From positions 86,652 through 150,651 of the forward strand of contig LEKP01000003.1 in assembly GCA_001443025.1 (NCBI GenBank): 64,000 bases of DNA. Reading direction: 5' to 3'. Both the position numbers and the translations under genes were made by a program. Each line of letters begins with the position of its first letter. Position 1 is the first letter of the stretch. Below the pieces are notes generated by a model. The model ran no database searches, was not told where the DNA came from, and saw nothing but the letters and a program-made list of their open reading frames with translations. Source of the stretch: Parcubacteria bacterium GBS-2. Its GTDB lineage: Bacteria > Patescibacteriota > Minisyncoccia > Minisyncoccales > GBS-2. This document shows, one piece after another, positions 1-9,489 of the stretch.

Positions 1-241
1 CCGAATGATCCTTAAAAATTTTTAAATTCTCCTCTGCTAACTTTTTAAAATCTTCAAGATAACCTGCCTTCAAAGCAGGAGAACCGCAACACTTTTCAAG
101 CTCTGAAAGCTCAATAAAATCAATGCCAATCTTTCTCAAAATTTTCTCATACTTTTCTTTGAGCTCTTTGGCAACAAACTTTGTTAAACACCCTGGATAA
201 TACAACGTATTTCCCCCTAAAATTTTCTCAAAAATTTTCAT
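1..241 (-). CDS. CCG-type cysteine-rich Fe-S oxidoreductase subunit (GlpC/LutA/HdrD-like), N-terminal part only; the gene runs off the window
   Basis: Reverse ATG at 239-241. Own translation: MKIFEKILGGNTLYYPGCLTKFVAKELKEKYEKILRKIGIDFIELSELEKCCGSPALKAGY..., which has the YPGC...CCG pattern of the CCG domain. Confidence 0.45.
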   Translation of the reverse strand, partial: MKIFEKILGGNTLYYPGCLTKFVAKELKEKYEKILRKIGIDFIELSELEKCCGSPALKAGYLEDFKKLAEENLKIFKDHS

Positions 242-450
242 AATAACTTTAGTATTACTTTTATTATTATCCTCAAAATCAAAAAAATCAGCTTCTTGGC
301 TAATTTTAATTTAATCTTTCCCAAAGGTCAATTTTTCTCAATTAATTCCCTGCCCTGAACCGTGCTTTGCTCTGGTTTAAAGCTCAACTTTTTGCTTAGC
401 TTTTTCTAATAATTTTTTTGCTTTTTTGCGAGATTCGTGGAATTTCTTGT

Positions 451-3400
451 TCAAATTTTAACATACTCCTTAAATAAATTTTCAGCTTGAAAATAAAGAA
501 GTTCTGTAAATTGATTAATTTGTTGGACAGGAATTTTTCTTTTTGCCAAAAGTAACTTTATTTTTGCTTTTATTCTTGATTTTATGATTTCGTTGTTTGT
601 CCAATCTATTGTCAAATCCCTCCGAATTTCTTTTACTAATTCTTTAACAAGCGATTTAATTTCTCCATTTCTGAGAGCAATTTTTTCTTGTGTGGCTATA
701 GCATCATAAAAAGCCAATTCTTCTTCAGTTAATCCTGTTTCTTTTCCTTCAATTTCTTTTTTCTTTAATTCTTTTGCTAATTCAATAAGTTTTTCGATTA
801 CTTTTGTTGCGCTGATAACTCTGTTTTCGTACTCTTCTATTATTTTTTCTAATCTCTCCATTAGTGATTTATATCTGAATAAATTTTTTCTCATTCGCAA
901 TTGCAATTCATCTCGCAAAAGCTTCTCTAGGGTTTCAATTGCCAGATTTTTGTATTCCATTTTTTGAATTTCTTCCAAAAATTTTTCATTCAAAATCGAA
1001 ATTTCCGCTTTTTCTTTTCCTCTTAGGGCAAAAATATCAATTACACCTTCTGCGGTAATACTTTTTGCAATTAATTCTTTCGCTTTCATTTCAATTTCTG
1101 GCTCTATTCCTTCTACTGCTCTTATTGTAGTTCTTTTAATCAAATTACTTCTAATCGCTCTAAAAAATTCAATTTCATCTTTAATTTCATAAGCCTCTTT
1201 GTGTGGCATTGCAAATTCAAAAAATCTAATTAAAAGTTGAGATTCTTTTAAAAATCTTTTTTTCCTTTCCTCATCAATTACTCCAGTTTTTGGATTAGTT
1301 ATAACTGAATTAATCGCTTTCTCTAATAACCTTGCCAAATTTTCCCCTTCTAAATATTTCCATTTTGAATAATCAATTCCAACAAAAAAAGATTTCACTA
1401 TGTCATATTTTTCTTTCATTTTTTCAATTATTTTTTGGAGCGGAATTAAAGCTTCAGTTTGAATCTTTCTATCATAAATACTTAATGTTTTCCTTAAATC
1501 ATCGGCAATTCCAATATAGTCAACAATTAACCCTCCTAACTTTCCTTTAAACACTCGGTTTACTCTCGCTATTGCTTGAAACAAAGTATGATTTTTCAAT
1601 GGTTTATCAAAGTACATTGTTGTCAAACAAGGAATATCAAAACCAGTCAGCCACATATCGCACACGATAACCATTTTTAAAGGATCGTCTGGATCTTTAA
1701 ATCTTCTTTCTATTTCTTCCTTTCTTATTTCTTTTTGAATTTCATTTTTAAATTCTTCTGGTTTTGAAATTACAACTGCCATCTCTGGAGCCCCAGGAAT
1801 TTTTGAAAGGATTTTATACATTTCTACCGCTACTTTTCGACTAATAGTGCAAACCATCGCCTTACCCCCTTCTTTCCGGTTGTTAAAATGCTCTATAATG
1901 TCTTTTGCGATTTTTTCTAATCTATCTTTTGCAGAAATTGCTTGTTCTAATCTAGCCAATTTCTTTTTTAACGCTTCTTTTACTTCAAAATCAGCGCCCA
2001 CCTCTTCCATTAACTCATCAAACTTTTCATCAATCCACATATCAGTCAAATGTAAAGGAACTAATCTTGCTTCATAATAGATCGGAACAATAGCTTCGTC
2101 CTCAATCCCCCGGCTCATCGTGTATTGATGAATATAATCTCCAAAAACTAACCTTGTATCCCTGTTTCTCAAACTAATTGGAGTAGCAGTAATTCCTAAA
2201 AAAGAAGCATTTGGCAAAGCTCTTCTGGCATTACCTGCCAATTTTGCATACTCTGAACGATGCGCCTCATCTGCAATTACAATAACATTGTTTCTTTTAC
2301 AAAGTGGTTCAAATTCTTCTCTCGAAAATTTTTGAATTGTAGTAAAAATTAACTCTGCCCCTGCTGTTTTTAATTTCTCTTTCAAATCCTTTATACTTTC
2401 TGCCTTTTTCGTGATTGCTTTATAACCACATCTCAAAAATGTCTTGTAAAATTGTTCGTCTAAATCGTTTCTATCAGTTAAAAATACAAAAGTCGGGCTT
2501 GAAAGTTCGGGTAATTTTTTTGCCTTATTCACATAAAAAACCATTGATAAAGTTTTCCCGCTACCTTGAGTGTGCCATAAAACCCCAATTCTTCCGTCTC
2601 CTTTTGGTTTTAATGCCTTTAATGTCGCTTCAATTGCTTTGTTTACTCCAAAGTACTGATGATACATGCAGATCTTTTTCGTATATTTTGTTACCTGTTT
2701 TTCAGAATCTGCCTCAAAAACAATAAAATTCTCAATAATATCTAAAATTCTTCTTTTTTGAAAAATTCCTTTTACTAAAACCTCCAACTCAGACACTCCT
2801 TCTCTTTTTTCTCTCTCTTCCTCAATTTCTCGCCATTTTTTAAACCATTCAAAAGAAGAGGAAATCGTTCCATATTTTGCTTCAGTTAAATCAGAAATTA
2901 CTAAAATTTGATTGTATTTAAAAAGTTCTGGAATATCTTTTTTATATTCTTGTAACTGCTCAAAAGCACTTTTAATCGTTGCTTCCTCAATCGTTGGATT
3001 TTTCAGCTCAAAAACTGCAATCGGAATTCCATTTATAAAAACTACAACATCTGGTCTTCTCATTCTCTCTTTTCCTCTAACCGTGAATTGATTTACAACT
3101 AAAAATTCATTGTTCAAATAATTTTGAAAATCAAAAACTTTCACTAAATCTCCCTTTCTTTTTCCACCCTTTTCCTTAAATTCAATTTTTACCCCCTCAG
3201 TCAGCATTCGATAAATTTCTCTATTTGCAATTTCCAGGTTCGGGTGAGAAAAACTTAAAAGTTTGTTTATTGCTGTCTCTATTGCTTCCTCTGGCAATCC
3301 TTGATTAATCCTGATTAATGCCCTTTTTAATCTTTCAACTAAAACCACATCTTGAAAATTAGGATCTTTCCTTTCTGGCATTATTCCATTAAAAGCAATA

Positions 3401-3489
3401 TCTGGCCCAAATTTATACTCGTATTCAAGATCTTTAAACCAATCAATTACGGATTGCTCGGTTATGGTTTGTTCAATTATTTTTCTCAT
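451..3489 (-). CDS. hsdR: Type I restriction enzyme R subunit (HsdR)
   Basis: 1012 aa. SF2 helicase motifs TQGSGKTLS (I), DEAHRS (II), GITATP (III), QAIARVNR (VI). 4-nt overlap with the upstream gene. Confidence 0.9.
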   Translation of the reverse strand: MRKIIEQTITEQSVIDWFKDLEYEYKFGPDIAFNGIMPERKDPNFQDVVLVERLKRALIRINQGLPEEAIETAINKLLSFSHPNLEIANREIYRMLTEGVKIEFKEKGGKRKGDLVKVFDFQNYLNNEFLVVNQFTVRGKERMRRPDVVVFINGIPIAVFELKNPTIEEATIKSAFEQLQEYKKDIPELFKYNQILVISDLTEAKYGTISSSFEWFKKWREIEEEREKREGVSELEVLVKGIFQKRRILDIIENFIVFEADSEKQVTKYTKKICMYHQYFGVNKAIEATLKALKPKGDGRIGVLWHTQGSGKTLSMVFYVNKAKKLPELSSPTFVFLTDRNDLDEQFYKTFLRCGYKAITKKAESIKDLKEKLKTAGAELIFTTIQKFSREEFEPLCKRNNVIVIADEAHRSEYAKLAGNARRALPNASFLGITATPISLRNRDTRLVFGDYIHQYTMSRGIEDEAIVPIYYEARLVPLHLTDMWIDEKFDELMEEVGADFEVKEALKKKLARLEQAISAKDRLEKIAKDIIEHFNNRKEGGKAMVCTISRKVAVEMYKILSKIPGAPEMAVVISKPEEFKNEIQKEIRKEEIERRFKDPDDPLKMVIVCDMWLTGFDIPCLTTMYFDKPLKNHTLFQAIARVNRVFKGKLGGLIVDYIGIADDLRKTLSIYDRKIQTEALIPLQKIIEKMKEKYDIVKSFFVGIDYSKWKYLEGENLARLLEKAINSVITNPKTGVIDEERKKRFLKESQLLIRFFEFAMPHKEAYEIKDEIEFFRAIRSNLIKRTTIRAVEGIEPEIEMKAKELIAKSITAEGVIDIFALRGKEKAEISILNEKFLEEIQKMEYKNLAIETLEKLLRDELQLRMRKNLFRYKSLMERLEKIIEEYENRVISATKVIEKLIELAKELKKKEIEGKETGLTEEELAFYDAIATQEKIALRNGEIKSLVKELVKEIRRDLTIDWTNNEIIKSRIKAKIKLLLAKRKIPVQQINQFTELLYFQAENLFKEYVKI

Positions 3490-4346
3490 TGCGGTTTATA
3501 ATAATATCTTTTTGAAATTTCCCAAATTTTGAGAAAGTTACTATTGAAATATTCAATTTTTAATGAGATTTGAGGATTGTTAATAAATCTTCCTACGCGA
3601 TTAATTGCGTTTATTGTAGACATTAAAAAAACTGCAAAAAATCTTCCTTTTTTGTTTTTATTATCTTCTATAACTCCCTTAATTATAAATGGATCTCCAT
3701 GTATAAGGTGCGAAAGTAACGAATAAACAATTTTTAATTTATTTTCGTCTAAAAAAGGTAATGGTTTGATATTTTCTAAAAATTTATTGTATAACAAATT
3801 TGTATAACCATTTATTCTTTTGATTTTTTCGAAATTAAAATTTCTCAAACAATCCTCAATCATTTTCTTTTCCCTTTCGTCTAATCTATTTACTTCTTCT
3901 CTGTATAAATCATTAGTATATTGTTTCCATCGTTGATTATCTTTCCCCAAAATCAAGTAATCTATAAGTACCCGCAACAAACGAATTCTATGTTCTAACT
4001 CAGAATTTAAAAATGGAGAAAAGTGAGTATCTATATATTTAAAACTAAATTCGTAAATAGTTCGAAGTGAAAAATCAAGAAGAAAAGTGTTGTTGTTAGA
4101 AAATTGTAAAATATTTTTTAATAAAGTGAGAAATGAATCCAAGATAACTATATGAAAACATTCAAATAGTATTCGGTGTTGATAAAGTGGTTTCAATATC
4201 CCTATTTTCGTAGTTATCCATCCACTTTTTATCTCGGAAGGAGAAACAGCTGAATAAACACTGTCTTTTTTTAAAACATCTAATTCTTCCTTTAACAACT
4301 GTATAATTTTATCACAATATGTTAAAATTTCTTCTTCACTATTCAT
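3486..4346 (-). CDS. Hypothetical all-helical protein embedded between hsdS and hsdR
   Basis: 286-aa ORF. ATGA-type 4-nt overlaps at both ends (4343-4346 and 3486-3489). I recognise no family motif. Confidence 0.6.
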   Translation of the reverse strand: MNSEEEILTYCDKIIQLLKEELDVLKKDSVYSAVSPSEIKSGWITTKIGILKPLYQHRILFECFHIVILDSFLTLLKNILQFSNNNTFLLDFSLRTIYEFSFKYIDTHFSPFLNSELEHRIRLLRVLIDYLILGKDNQRWKQYTNDLYREEVNRLDEREKKMIEDCLRNFNFEKIKRINGYTNLLYNKFLENIKPLPFLDENKLKIVYSLLSHLIHGDPFIIKGVIEDNKNKKGRFFAVFLMSTINAINRVGRFINNPQISLKIEYFNSNFLKIWEISKRYYYKPQ

Positions 4347-5560
4347 ACCCTTATTTCTCCGCTCATTAATTTTGGTAAAAGCAAATCACGTAGAGTGGCT
4401 AAAGTTTGGTTTTCTTTTCTTATTTCGTCAATTTTTTCAATCATTGGTTGAATCATCTCGCTAAATTTTAGTGCTAATTCTGGCGGAGGAACAACAAACT
4501 TTTGAGCGGCAAATTCCGGCCAATGACCTTTATAATCGCTCATTTTGATTTTATCTTTTGTTAAATAGAAAACAAAGGTCGTGGGGTATCCATTTATTCC
4601 GACATATGGAATCACATTTTGAATACAAGAAAAATTAAAAGTAACTAAACGATAATAGCAAGTATGATTTGAAAAAACTGCAACTGGATTTTTTACGCTT
4701 GCTTTTACATCTGGCTCTCCATTATGATAACCTATAATCCCTGACTGTCCTTGATCTAATATTGGCACTTTGCCCGTGGGTAATGCTGTTTTATTGTCAT
4801 ATCTTTTACCCACTGGCAATCTCTTCGTAATTTCCATTATATTTTTTACCCCCCATCCCTCCGGAATTTTGCCTAATTCTGAATCTACGAATTTTACTTT
4901 TTCCCAACCTGGAAATCTAAATTTTACAAACCACTCCTTAAAAATTTCCTGTGCCATTTGCTCCAAAGTTTTAATAATTTTATTATTCAACTCAATCTTA
5001 TCATCAAAAGCAGAAAGAATATCAGCAATCCGTTTTTGTTCGCTTGGGTCTTCGGGAATTGAAAGTTCGATATTAGCAAGATCGCTTTTACGCAGATTAT
5101 TAATATTAGTTCCTTCTACTATTTCTTGAAGTTGATTTTTATAATTAGACGAACGAAGATAAAGATATAAGTATCTAGGTTCAATACTTTTTGGTCTTAT
5201 ACAGTACATAAAAGCGCCAAAGGATAATTGCTGATCAATTTGATATATTCTTGCGATTTTACCAACTAATTTTTTATTACCACTTGAAGCCACCACTACA
5301 ATATCATTTGTACGTAATTTTTGTTCGTCAGAAATTTTTGAATCTATCACATACATCAAATCATCAAGATTAAGGATTCCATTTTCTTTTATATTATTTG
5401 CACGAAGAATTGGTGTTCCTCCTTCAAACCATCTTAAACTTCTTTCTTCTTTACTGAAAGAAACGCCCCTAATTATATCCGCTACCTCCCCCAACCTCAC
5501 CTTCCGCCATCCTTTGGGTAAATTGTTTTGGTTTTTGTGTTTCATATTTGAAACATTCAT
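4343..5560 (-). CDS. hsdS: Type I R-M specificity subunit (HsdS), two target-recognition domains
   Basis: 405 aa. Central conserved helix SEQKRIADILSAFDDKIELNNKIIKTLEQMAQEIFKEWF and C-terminal LATLRDLLLPKLMSGEI. An alternative start lies at 5545. Confidence 0.85.
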   Translation of the reverse strand: MNVSNMKHKNQNNLPKGWRKVRLGEVADIIRGVSFSKEERSLRWFEGGTPILRANNIKENGILNLDDLMYVIDSKISDEQKLRTNDIVVVASSGNKKLVGKIARIYQIDQQLSFGAFMYCIRPKSIEPRYLYLYLRSSNYKNQLQEIVEGTNINNLRKSDLANIELSIPEDPSEQKRIADILSAFDDKIELNNKIIKTLEQMAQEIFKEWFVKFRFPGWEKVKFVDSELGKIPEGWGVKNIMEITKRLPVGKRYDNKTALPTGKVPILDQGQSGIIGYHNGEPDVKASVKNPVAVFSNHTCYYRLVTFNFSCIQNVIPYVGINGYPTTFVFYLTKDKIKMSDYKGHWPEFAAQKFVVPPPELALKFSEMIQPMIEKIDEIRKENQTLATLRDLLLPKLMSGEIRV

Positions 5561-5597
5561 GATTGTCCCACTTTTCGACTTGACATAAAATTTTGCT

Positions 5598-5661
5598 ATA
5601 ATAAAAGTGTAGGCAAATGCCTACTAATCACGCGGCCCGCGAAAGCGGGTTTTCGCTTTTT
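5598..5661 (+). ncRNA. Candidate small antisense RNA in the hsdM-hsdS spacer
   Basis: Plus-strand TTGTCC (5563-5568), 17-nt spacer, TAAAAT (5586-5591). Hairpin GTAGGC-AAAT-GCCTAC (5609-5624), then hairpin CCCGC-GAAA-GCGGG (5636-5649) followed by TTTTCGCTTTTT. Confidence 0.3.
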
Positions 5662-5807
5662 ATATAAGTTCTTTTTCCTCTATAAAATTTCCCAAAATCA
5701 ATATATAAATCTTTTATTTGATGCAACTCTTTTGAAACCATTCCTCGTACACCTACAACGTAAATTCTTTTTTTATATTTAATTTCGATTAAATCACTAA
5801 ACTTCAT
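5628..5807 (-). CDS. Small 59-codon ORF directly after the hsdM stop (possible gene fragment)
   Basis: ATG at 5805-5807, 1 nt after the hsdM stop. Own translation MKFSDLIEIKYKKRIYVVGVRGMVSKELHQIKDLYIDFGKFYRGKRTYIKSENPLSRAA, stop at 5628-5630. Below the ORF-track length cut-off; no family recognised. Confidence 0.2.
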   Translation of the reverse strand: MKFSDLIEIKYKKRIYVVGVRGMVSKELHQIKDLYIDFGKFYRGKRTYIKSENPLSRAA

Positions 5808-5808
5808 G

Positions 5809-7785
5809 TTAAAACCCTAATCTTTTCAAATTCTCCCTTATCTTCTCTTCCAATTCTCGACCTTGTCTAAAATATTCTTCCAATTCTGCTTTCAGTTTTT
5901 TCATTTTTTCTTCAAAAGGTATCCCATCATCTGGTGGCGGAGCTACTCCAACATATCTTCCAGGAGTTAAAACATAACCATTTTTTCTTATTTCTTCTAT
6001 TGTTGCGCTGTAACATAAACCCAGAATATTTTTGTAACCTTCGCCGAAATTCTCATTCCACAATTTTTGAATTTCTAAATTAATTTTTAACAACTCCTCT
6101 AATTCTTTAACTCTTTCTTCGATTTTTTTCTTGGTTTCTTTGTTGCGCAAATTAGTATTTAAAACTGAATTTAGTTCTTCAATTTCTTTTTCATATTTGT
6201 CTTTTAATATCCTCAATTCATCTTTTGTTTCTTCTATTACATTTTCACCCCGCCAAAGTTTTGCAATGGAAGAAATATAAATTATTTGGTCTTCGGTAAA
6301 TTCAACCTGCTTTCTTGAAATCGGTCTAAAAATTTCCCTTGCATCAATGAATAAAGTTTCGCCTGTCCGATTTCTAAATCTTCCATCTTTTTTGTTTTTA
6401 GTTAGAAACCACAAAGAAACCGGAAGCGAAACATTATAAAAAAGTTTTGGCGGGCAAGCGATTATTACATCTACTAAATCATCCTCAATAATCCTTTTTC
6501 TAATTTCACCTTCTCTTCCCCCAACTGCCAAAGCACCATTTGCCATAACAAAGCCTGCCATTCCATTTGGTGCTAAATGATAAATAAAGTGTTGAATCCA
6601 CATAAAGTTGGCGTTGCTGTCTGGAGGAATTCCATATTTCAATCTTGGGTCTTTTGGATCTATTTGATCTGCGCCCCATTCTGATTGATTAAACGGAGGA
6701 TTAGTGATAACAAAGTCTGCTCTTAAATCTGGGAATTGATCATCTAAAAGTGAATTTTTACCACCCCTAATATCCCCAACAATTCCTCTAATTGCTAAAT
6801 TCATCATACAAAGACGCCAAGTATTAATATTGAGTTCTTGCCCATAAAAACTAATTTTTGAAGGATCTTTTTTGTGAATTTCCAAAAATTTTGCGCTTTG
6901 AATGAACATTCCACCAGTTCCACAGGCAGGATCAAAAACTCGGCATCCTTCAAAGGGCTCCAAAATCTCAACTAAGAGTTTAACAATCGGGCGAGGGGTA
7001 AAAAATTCCCCACCACGTTTTCCTTCTGCAGAAGCAAATTGTCCTAAAAAGTACTCGTAAACACGACCTAATAGATCTTTTTCTTCGTACTCTCTATGGT
7101 CGAATTTTATTTTTGAAAAAATGTTTATAAGATCGCTTAATACATGGGGTTCCAAAGGAGTTTGAGCATAAATTTTTGGAAGGATATCTTTCAAAACTGG
7201 ATTTTCTTTTTCTATTTCTTCCATCGCTTCGTCAATTTTCTTTCCAATATCTGGAGTTAGAGAAAATTTTTGTAAATATTCCCATCTTGCTTTTTCTGGA
7301 ATATAAAAAATGCCCGCACTTTTGTATTGGTCTTTATCTTCGATAATAAATTTGCGGGCACTTTCATCTGGAACATAAAACTCTTTGTTATTAGGATCGC
7401 TTACCCATTCTTTTAACAATTCCCTTCTTTGATAAAAAGCGTCAGAAACATACTTTAGAAAAATTAAACCCAAAACAATATATTTGTAATCGCTAGGATC
7501 GAGACTCCCTCTTAATTTATCAGCTGCTTTCCATAGTTCTTTTTCAAAATCAATATCTCTTGCTGGTTTTGAGCTTAGTTCTAAAATTCTTTTTGTTGCC
7601 AACTTCTGTCTTTCTTCAATAAGTTTTTTTATTTCATCTGGCAGCTTATCTTTTGGAATTAAATAATCTCTACCTCGAGCAATCGCTGGAATTTCCCCAG
7701 ATTTAATCCGCTTGAAAATCGCTTGCCTCGTAACTCCTAAAATATTCGCTAATTCCTTAGTGGTATAGTAGTCCGTTTCTGCCAT
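5809..7785 (-). CDS. hsdM: Type I R-M N6-adenine DNA methyltransferase (HsdM) with an N-terminal excisionase-type HTH
   Basis: 658 aa. Motif I FDPACGTGGMF and motif IV NPPFNQSEW; HsdM_N-like LWKAADKLRGSLDPSDYKYIVLGLIFLKY. The first ~50 aa read TTKELANILGVTRQAIFKRIKSGEIPA. Confidence 0.9.
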   Translation of the reverse strand: MAETDYYTTKELANILGVTRQAIFKRIKSGEIPAIARGRDYLIPKDKLPDEIKKLIEERQKLATKRILELSSKPARDIDFEKELWKAADKLRGSLDPSDYKYIVLGLIFLKYVSDAFYQRRELLKEWVSDPNNKEFYVPDESARKFIIEDKDQYKSAGIFYIPEKARWEYLQKFSLTPDIGKKIDEAMEEIEKENPVLKDILPKIYAQTPLEPHVLSDLINIFSKIKFDHREYEEKDLLGRVYEYFLGQFASAEGKRGGEFFTPRPIVKLLVEILEPFEGCRVFDPACGTGGMFIQSAKFLEIHKKDPSKISFYGQELNINTWRLCMMNLAIRGIVGDIRGGKNSLLDDQFPDLRADFVITNPPFNQSEWGADQIDPKDPRLKYGIPPDSNANFMWIQHFIYHLAPNGMAGFVMANGALAVGGREGEIRKRIIEDDLVDVIIACPPKLFYNVSLPVSLWFLTKNKKDGRFRNRTGETLFIDAREIFRPISRKQVEFTEDQIIYISSIAKLWRGENVIEETKDELRILKDKYEKEIEELNSVLNTNLRNKETKKKIEERVKELEELLKINLEIQKLWNENFGEGYKNILGLCYSATIEEIRKNGYVLTPGRYVGVAPPPDDGIPFEEKMKKLKAELEEYFRQGRELEEKIRENLKRLGF

Positions 7786-7791
7786 TAAATA

Positions 7792-7820
7792 AAGTTAACA
7801 AATTAAAAACATCTTGTCAA
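7792..7820 (-). promoter_or_regulatory. Candidate sigma70-type promoter of hsdM (leaderless geometry)
   Basis: Minus strand: TTGACA (7820-7815), 17 nt, TAACTT (7797-7792). The ATG follows 6 nt after the -10 element. Confidence 0.4.
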
Positions 7821-7854
7821 GTTTACCATGGTTAACCAAATTAAATATTTTCCC

Positions 7855-7880
7855 ACAAAAAATTGGCTTTTTCAAGCCAA
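7855..7880 (-). terminator. Rho-independent terminator after the Trx/DsbD-like gene
   Basis: Minus strand TTGGCTT-GAAA-AAGCCAA followed by TTTTTTGTGGG. Confidence 0.55.
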
Positions 7881-7957
7881 AATTTGTTTAAATTACAAGA
7901 TAAAATCTTGTCTTAGATATCGTAAAAACCAGAAATTTAGTGTTGATTAGCCAGAAT

Positions 7958-9475
7958 TTACATCCAGCCTTTAAATAGAGCGATGGATAAAAAGAGTAAA
8001 ATTAGGCCGGCCATCAATCGCATGTACCTTCTAAAGTTCAATCTCCATTTTTCAACTTTGTCTACTTGGGTCCAGGCAAAGGCAACGGCAGCGATAATGA
8101 TTAACAAAGGAACAACGAAAAAGAGATTGTACCAGATTAAGTATGGAATGTAAGCGCCAGCTCTTTCAGCCAAAATAGTGGTGTAAACTAAAGGAATTCC
8201 AACAGTGCAAGGAAGCTCAACCAAAGAAGCCAAAAGAGCTAGCAAAATTGCGGAAGGAATTGTTCCTCGTTTAATCAATTTTTCAATCGTTGGCTTTGCG
8301 CTCTCTGGAATTTCCAAAGAAATACCTTTTCCGTATGCAAAAAAATCTTTGATTAAAATCAAACTGGCAAGAAAGGCGAAAGCAGAAATTGCAATTTTTA
8401 TTTTTTGAATAAAACCAATTAAAGAAATTAAATTGATCATTCCCAGCATAAAAAGAAAATAAACAACAAAAACGCCAAAAGTGAAAACTAAACCTACTTT
8501 TATTGCTCTATTTTTTGAACCAATAGCCAAAAGATAAGTAAGCAAAAAAAGCAAAACAGAAAACATACACGGATTAATTCCGTCTGCCAACCCCAAAATT
8601 ATACCCAAAAAGAATAAAGAAGACTGAGAAGAAATTTTGATTTCTTTTCCAAAAAATGAAATTTTGAATTCCTTTTTTTCTTCAGGAATAAAGGTAGAGG
8701 GTTTTGGAATTTGCTTTAGAGTTTGCTTTATTTCATCAACTGGACAAGGACAACCTTCTTTTTGACATCGCAAAATAACTTTTTCAATGTTTTCCCTGAT
8801 TGATTGATCACCTATTAAATAAGTGTCCCCCAAAAAAACCATTGGAAAACCAGAAAAAGAAATCCCGTAAAATTCTTGAAGTTTTTGGTAAAGCTTTAAA
8901 TCTTCTTCACTTTCTGAAACATTGTAAACTTTAAAATCAATTTGATGTTTTTTTGCTACCTCTTTAAGGAAACTTTCTAAGTTTTGGCATTGTGGACATT
9001 TATCTTTTACAAAATAATGAATGCAAATTTCTGTTTTTCTTTGAGGTTTTTCTTCCCATTTATCAATCCCACCTACTGCCAAAATTTCTGCTGGTGAAGG
9101 ACAAGAAGTTTGAAGACATTTTTGAATTAAATTTTCAATTTCTTTTCCGGTAGTTTCTTTTGATCCAAAACCAACAATAAAATTTTTGCCAATAAAAGTC
9201 ATTGGAACCCCTTCTGGTTGAGTATTGTAAGCCTGTGCAATTTTTTGGAAAAGTTCTCGATTCTCTTGACTATAATAAACCTCAAACTCTTTTATCTCCA
9301 ATTGAGGATATTTTTGCTTTAATTCTTCCAAAAACGGTTTCTCTTTTGCGCAGTGAGGACAACCCTGACCCCAGAAAAAATAAATCTCAATTTTTTCAGT
9401 GGCTAAAACTTTTTTTTGAGAGAAAATAGATAAAAAAAAGAGAGAGACTAACAAAAATAAAATTTTCTTTTTCAT
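7958..9475 (-). CDS. Secreted double thioredoxin-fold protein fused to a DsbD/CcdA-like membrane thiol-transfer domain
   Basis: 505 aa with a signal peptide. Two CxxC Trx motifs (GCPHC, KCPQC), each followed by a C-x4-C-P-x-P element. C-terminal multi-TM domain with NPCMF and ELPCTVG cysteine motifs. Confidence 0.7.
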   Translation of the reverse strand: MKKKILFLLVSLFFLSIFSQKKVLATEKIEIYFFWGQGCPHCAKEKPFLEELKQKYPQLEIKEFEVYYSQENRELFQKIAQAYNTQPEGVPMTFIGKNFIVGFGSKETTGKEIENLIQKCLQTSCPSPAEILAVGGIDKWEEKPQRKTEICIHYFVKDKCPQCQNLESFLKEVAKKHQIDFKVYNVSESEEDLKLYQKLQEFYGISFSGFPMVFLGDTYLIGDQSIRENIEKVILRCQKEGCPCPVDEIKQTLKQIPKPSTFIPEEKKEFKISFFGKEIKISSQSSLFFLGIILGLADGINPCMFSVLLFLLTYLLAIGSKNRAIKVGLVFTFGVFVVYFLFMLGMINLISLIGFIQKIKIAISAFAFLASLILIKDFFAYGKGISLEIPESAKPTIEKLIKRGTIPSAILLALLASLVELPCTVGIPLVYTTILAERAGAYIPYLIWYNLFFVVPLLIIIAAVAFAWTQVDKVEKWRLNFRRYMRLMAGLILLFLSIALFKGWM

Positions 9476-9489
9476 TTTTTTATTTTACT

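Noticed and set aside
5577-5599. Perfect TTGACA and TATAAT hexamers on the plus strand
   Set aside because: The spacer is only 11 nt, so they cannot act together. The TTGTCC-17-TAAAAT pair was used instead.
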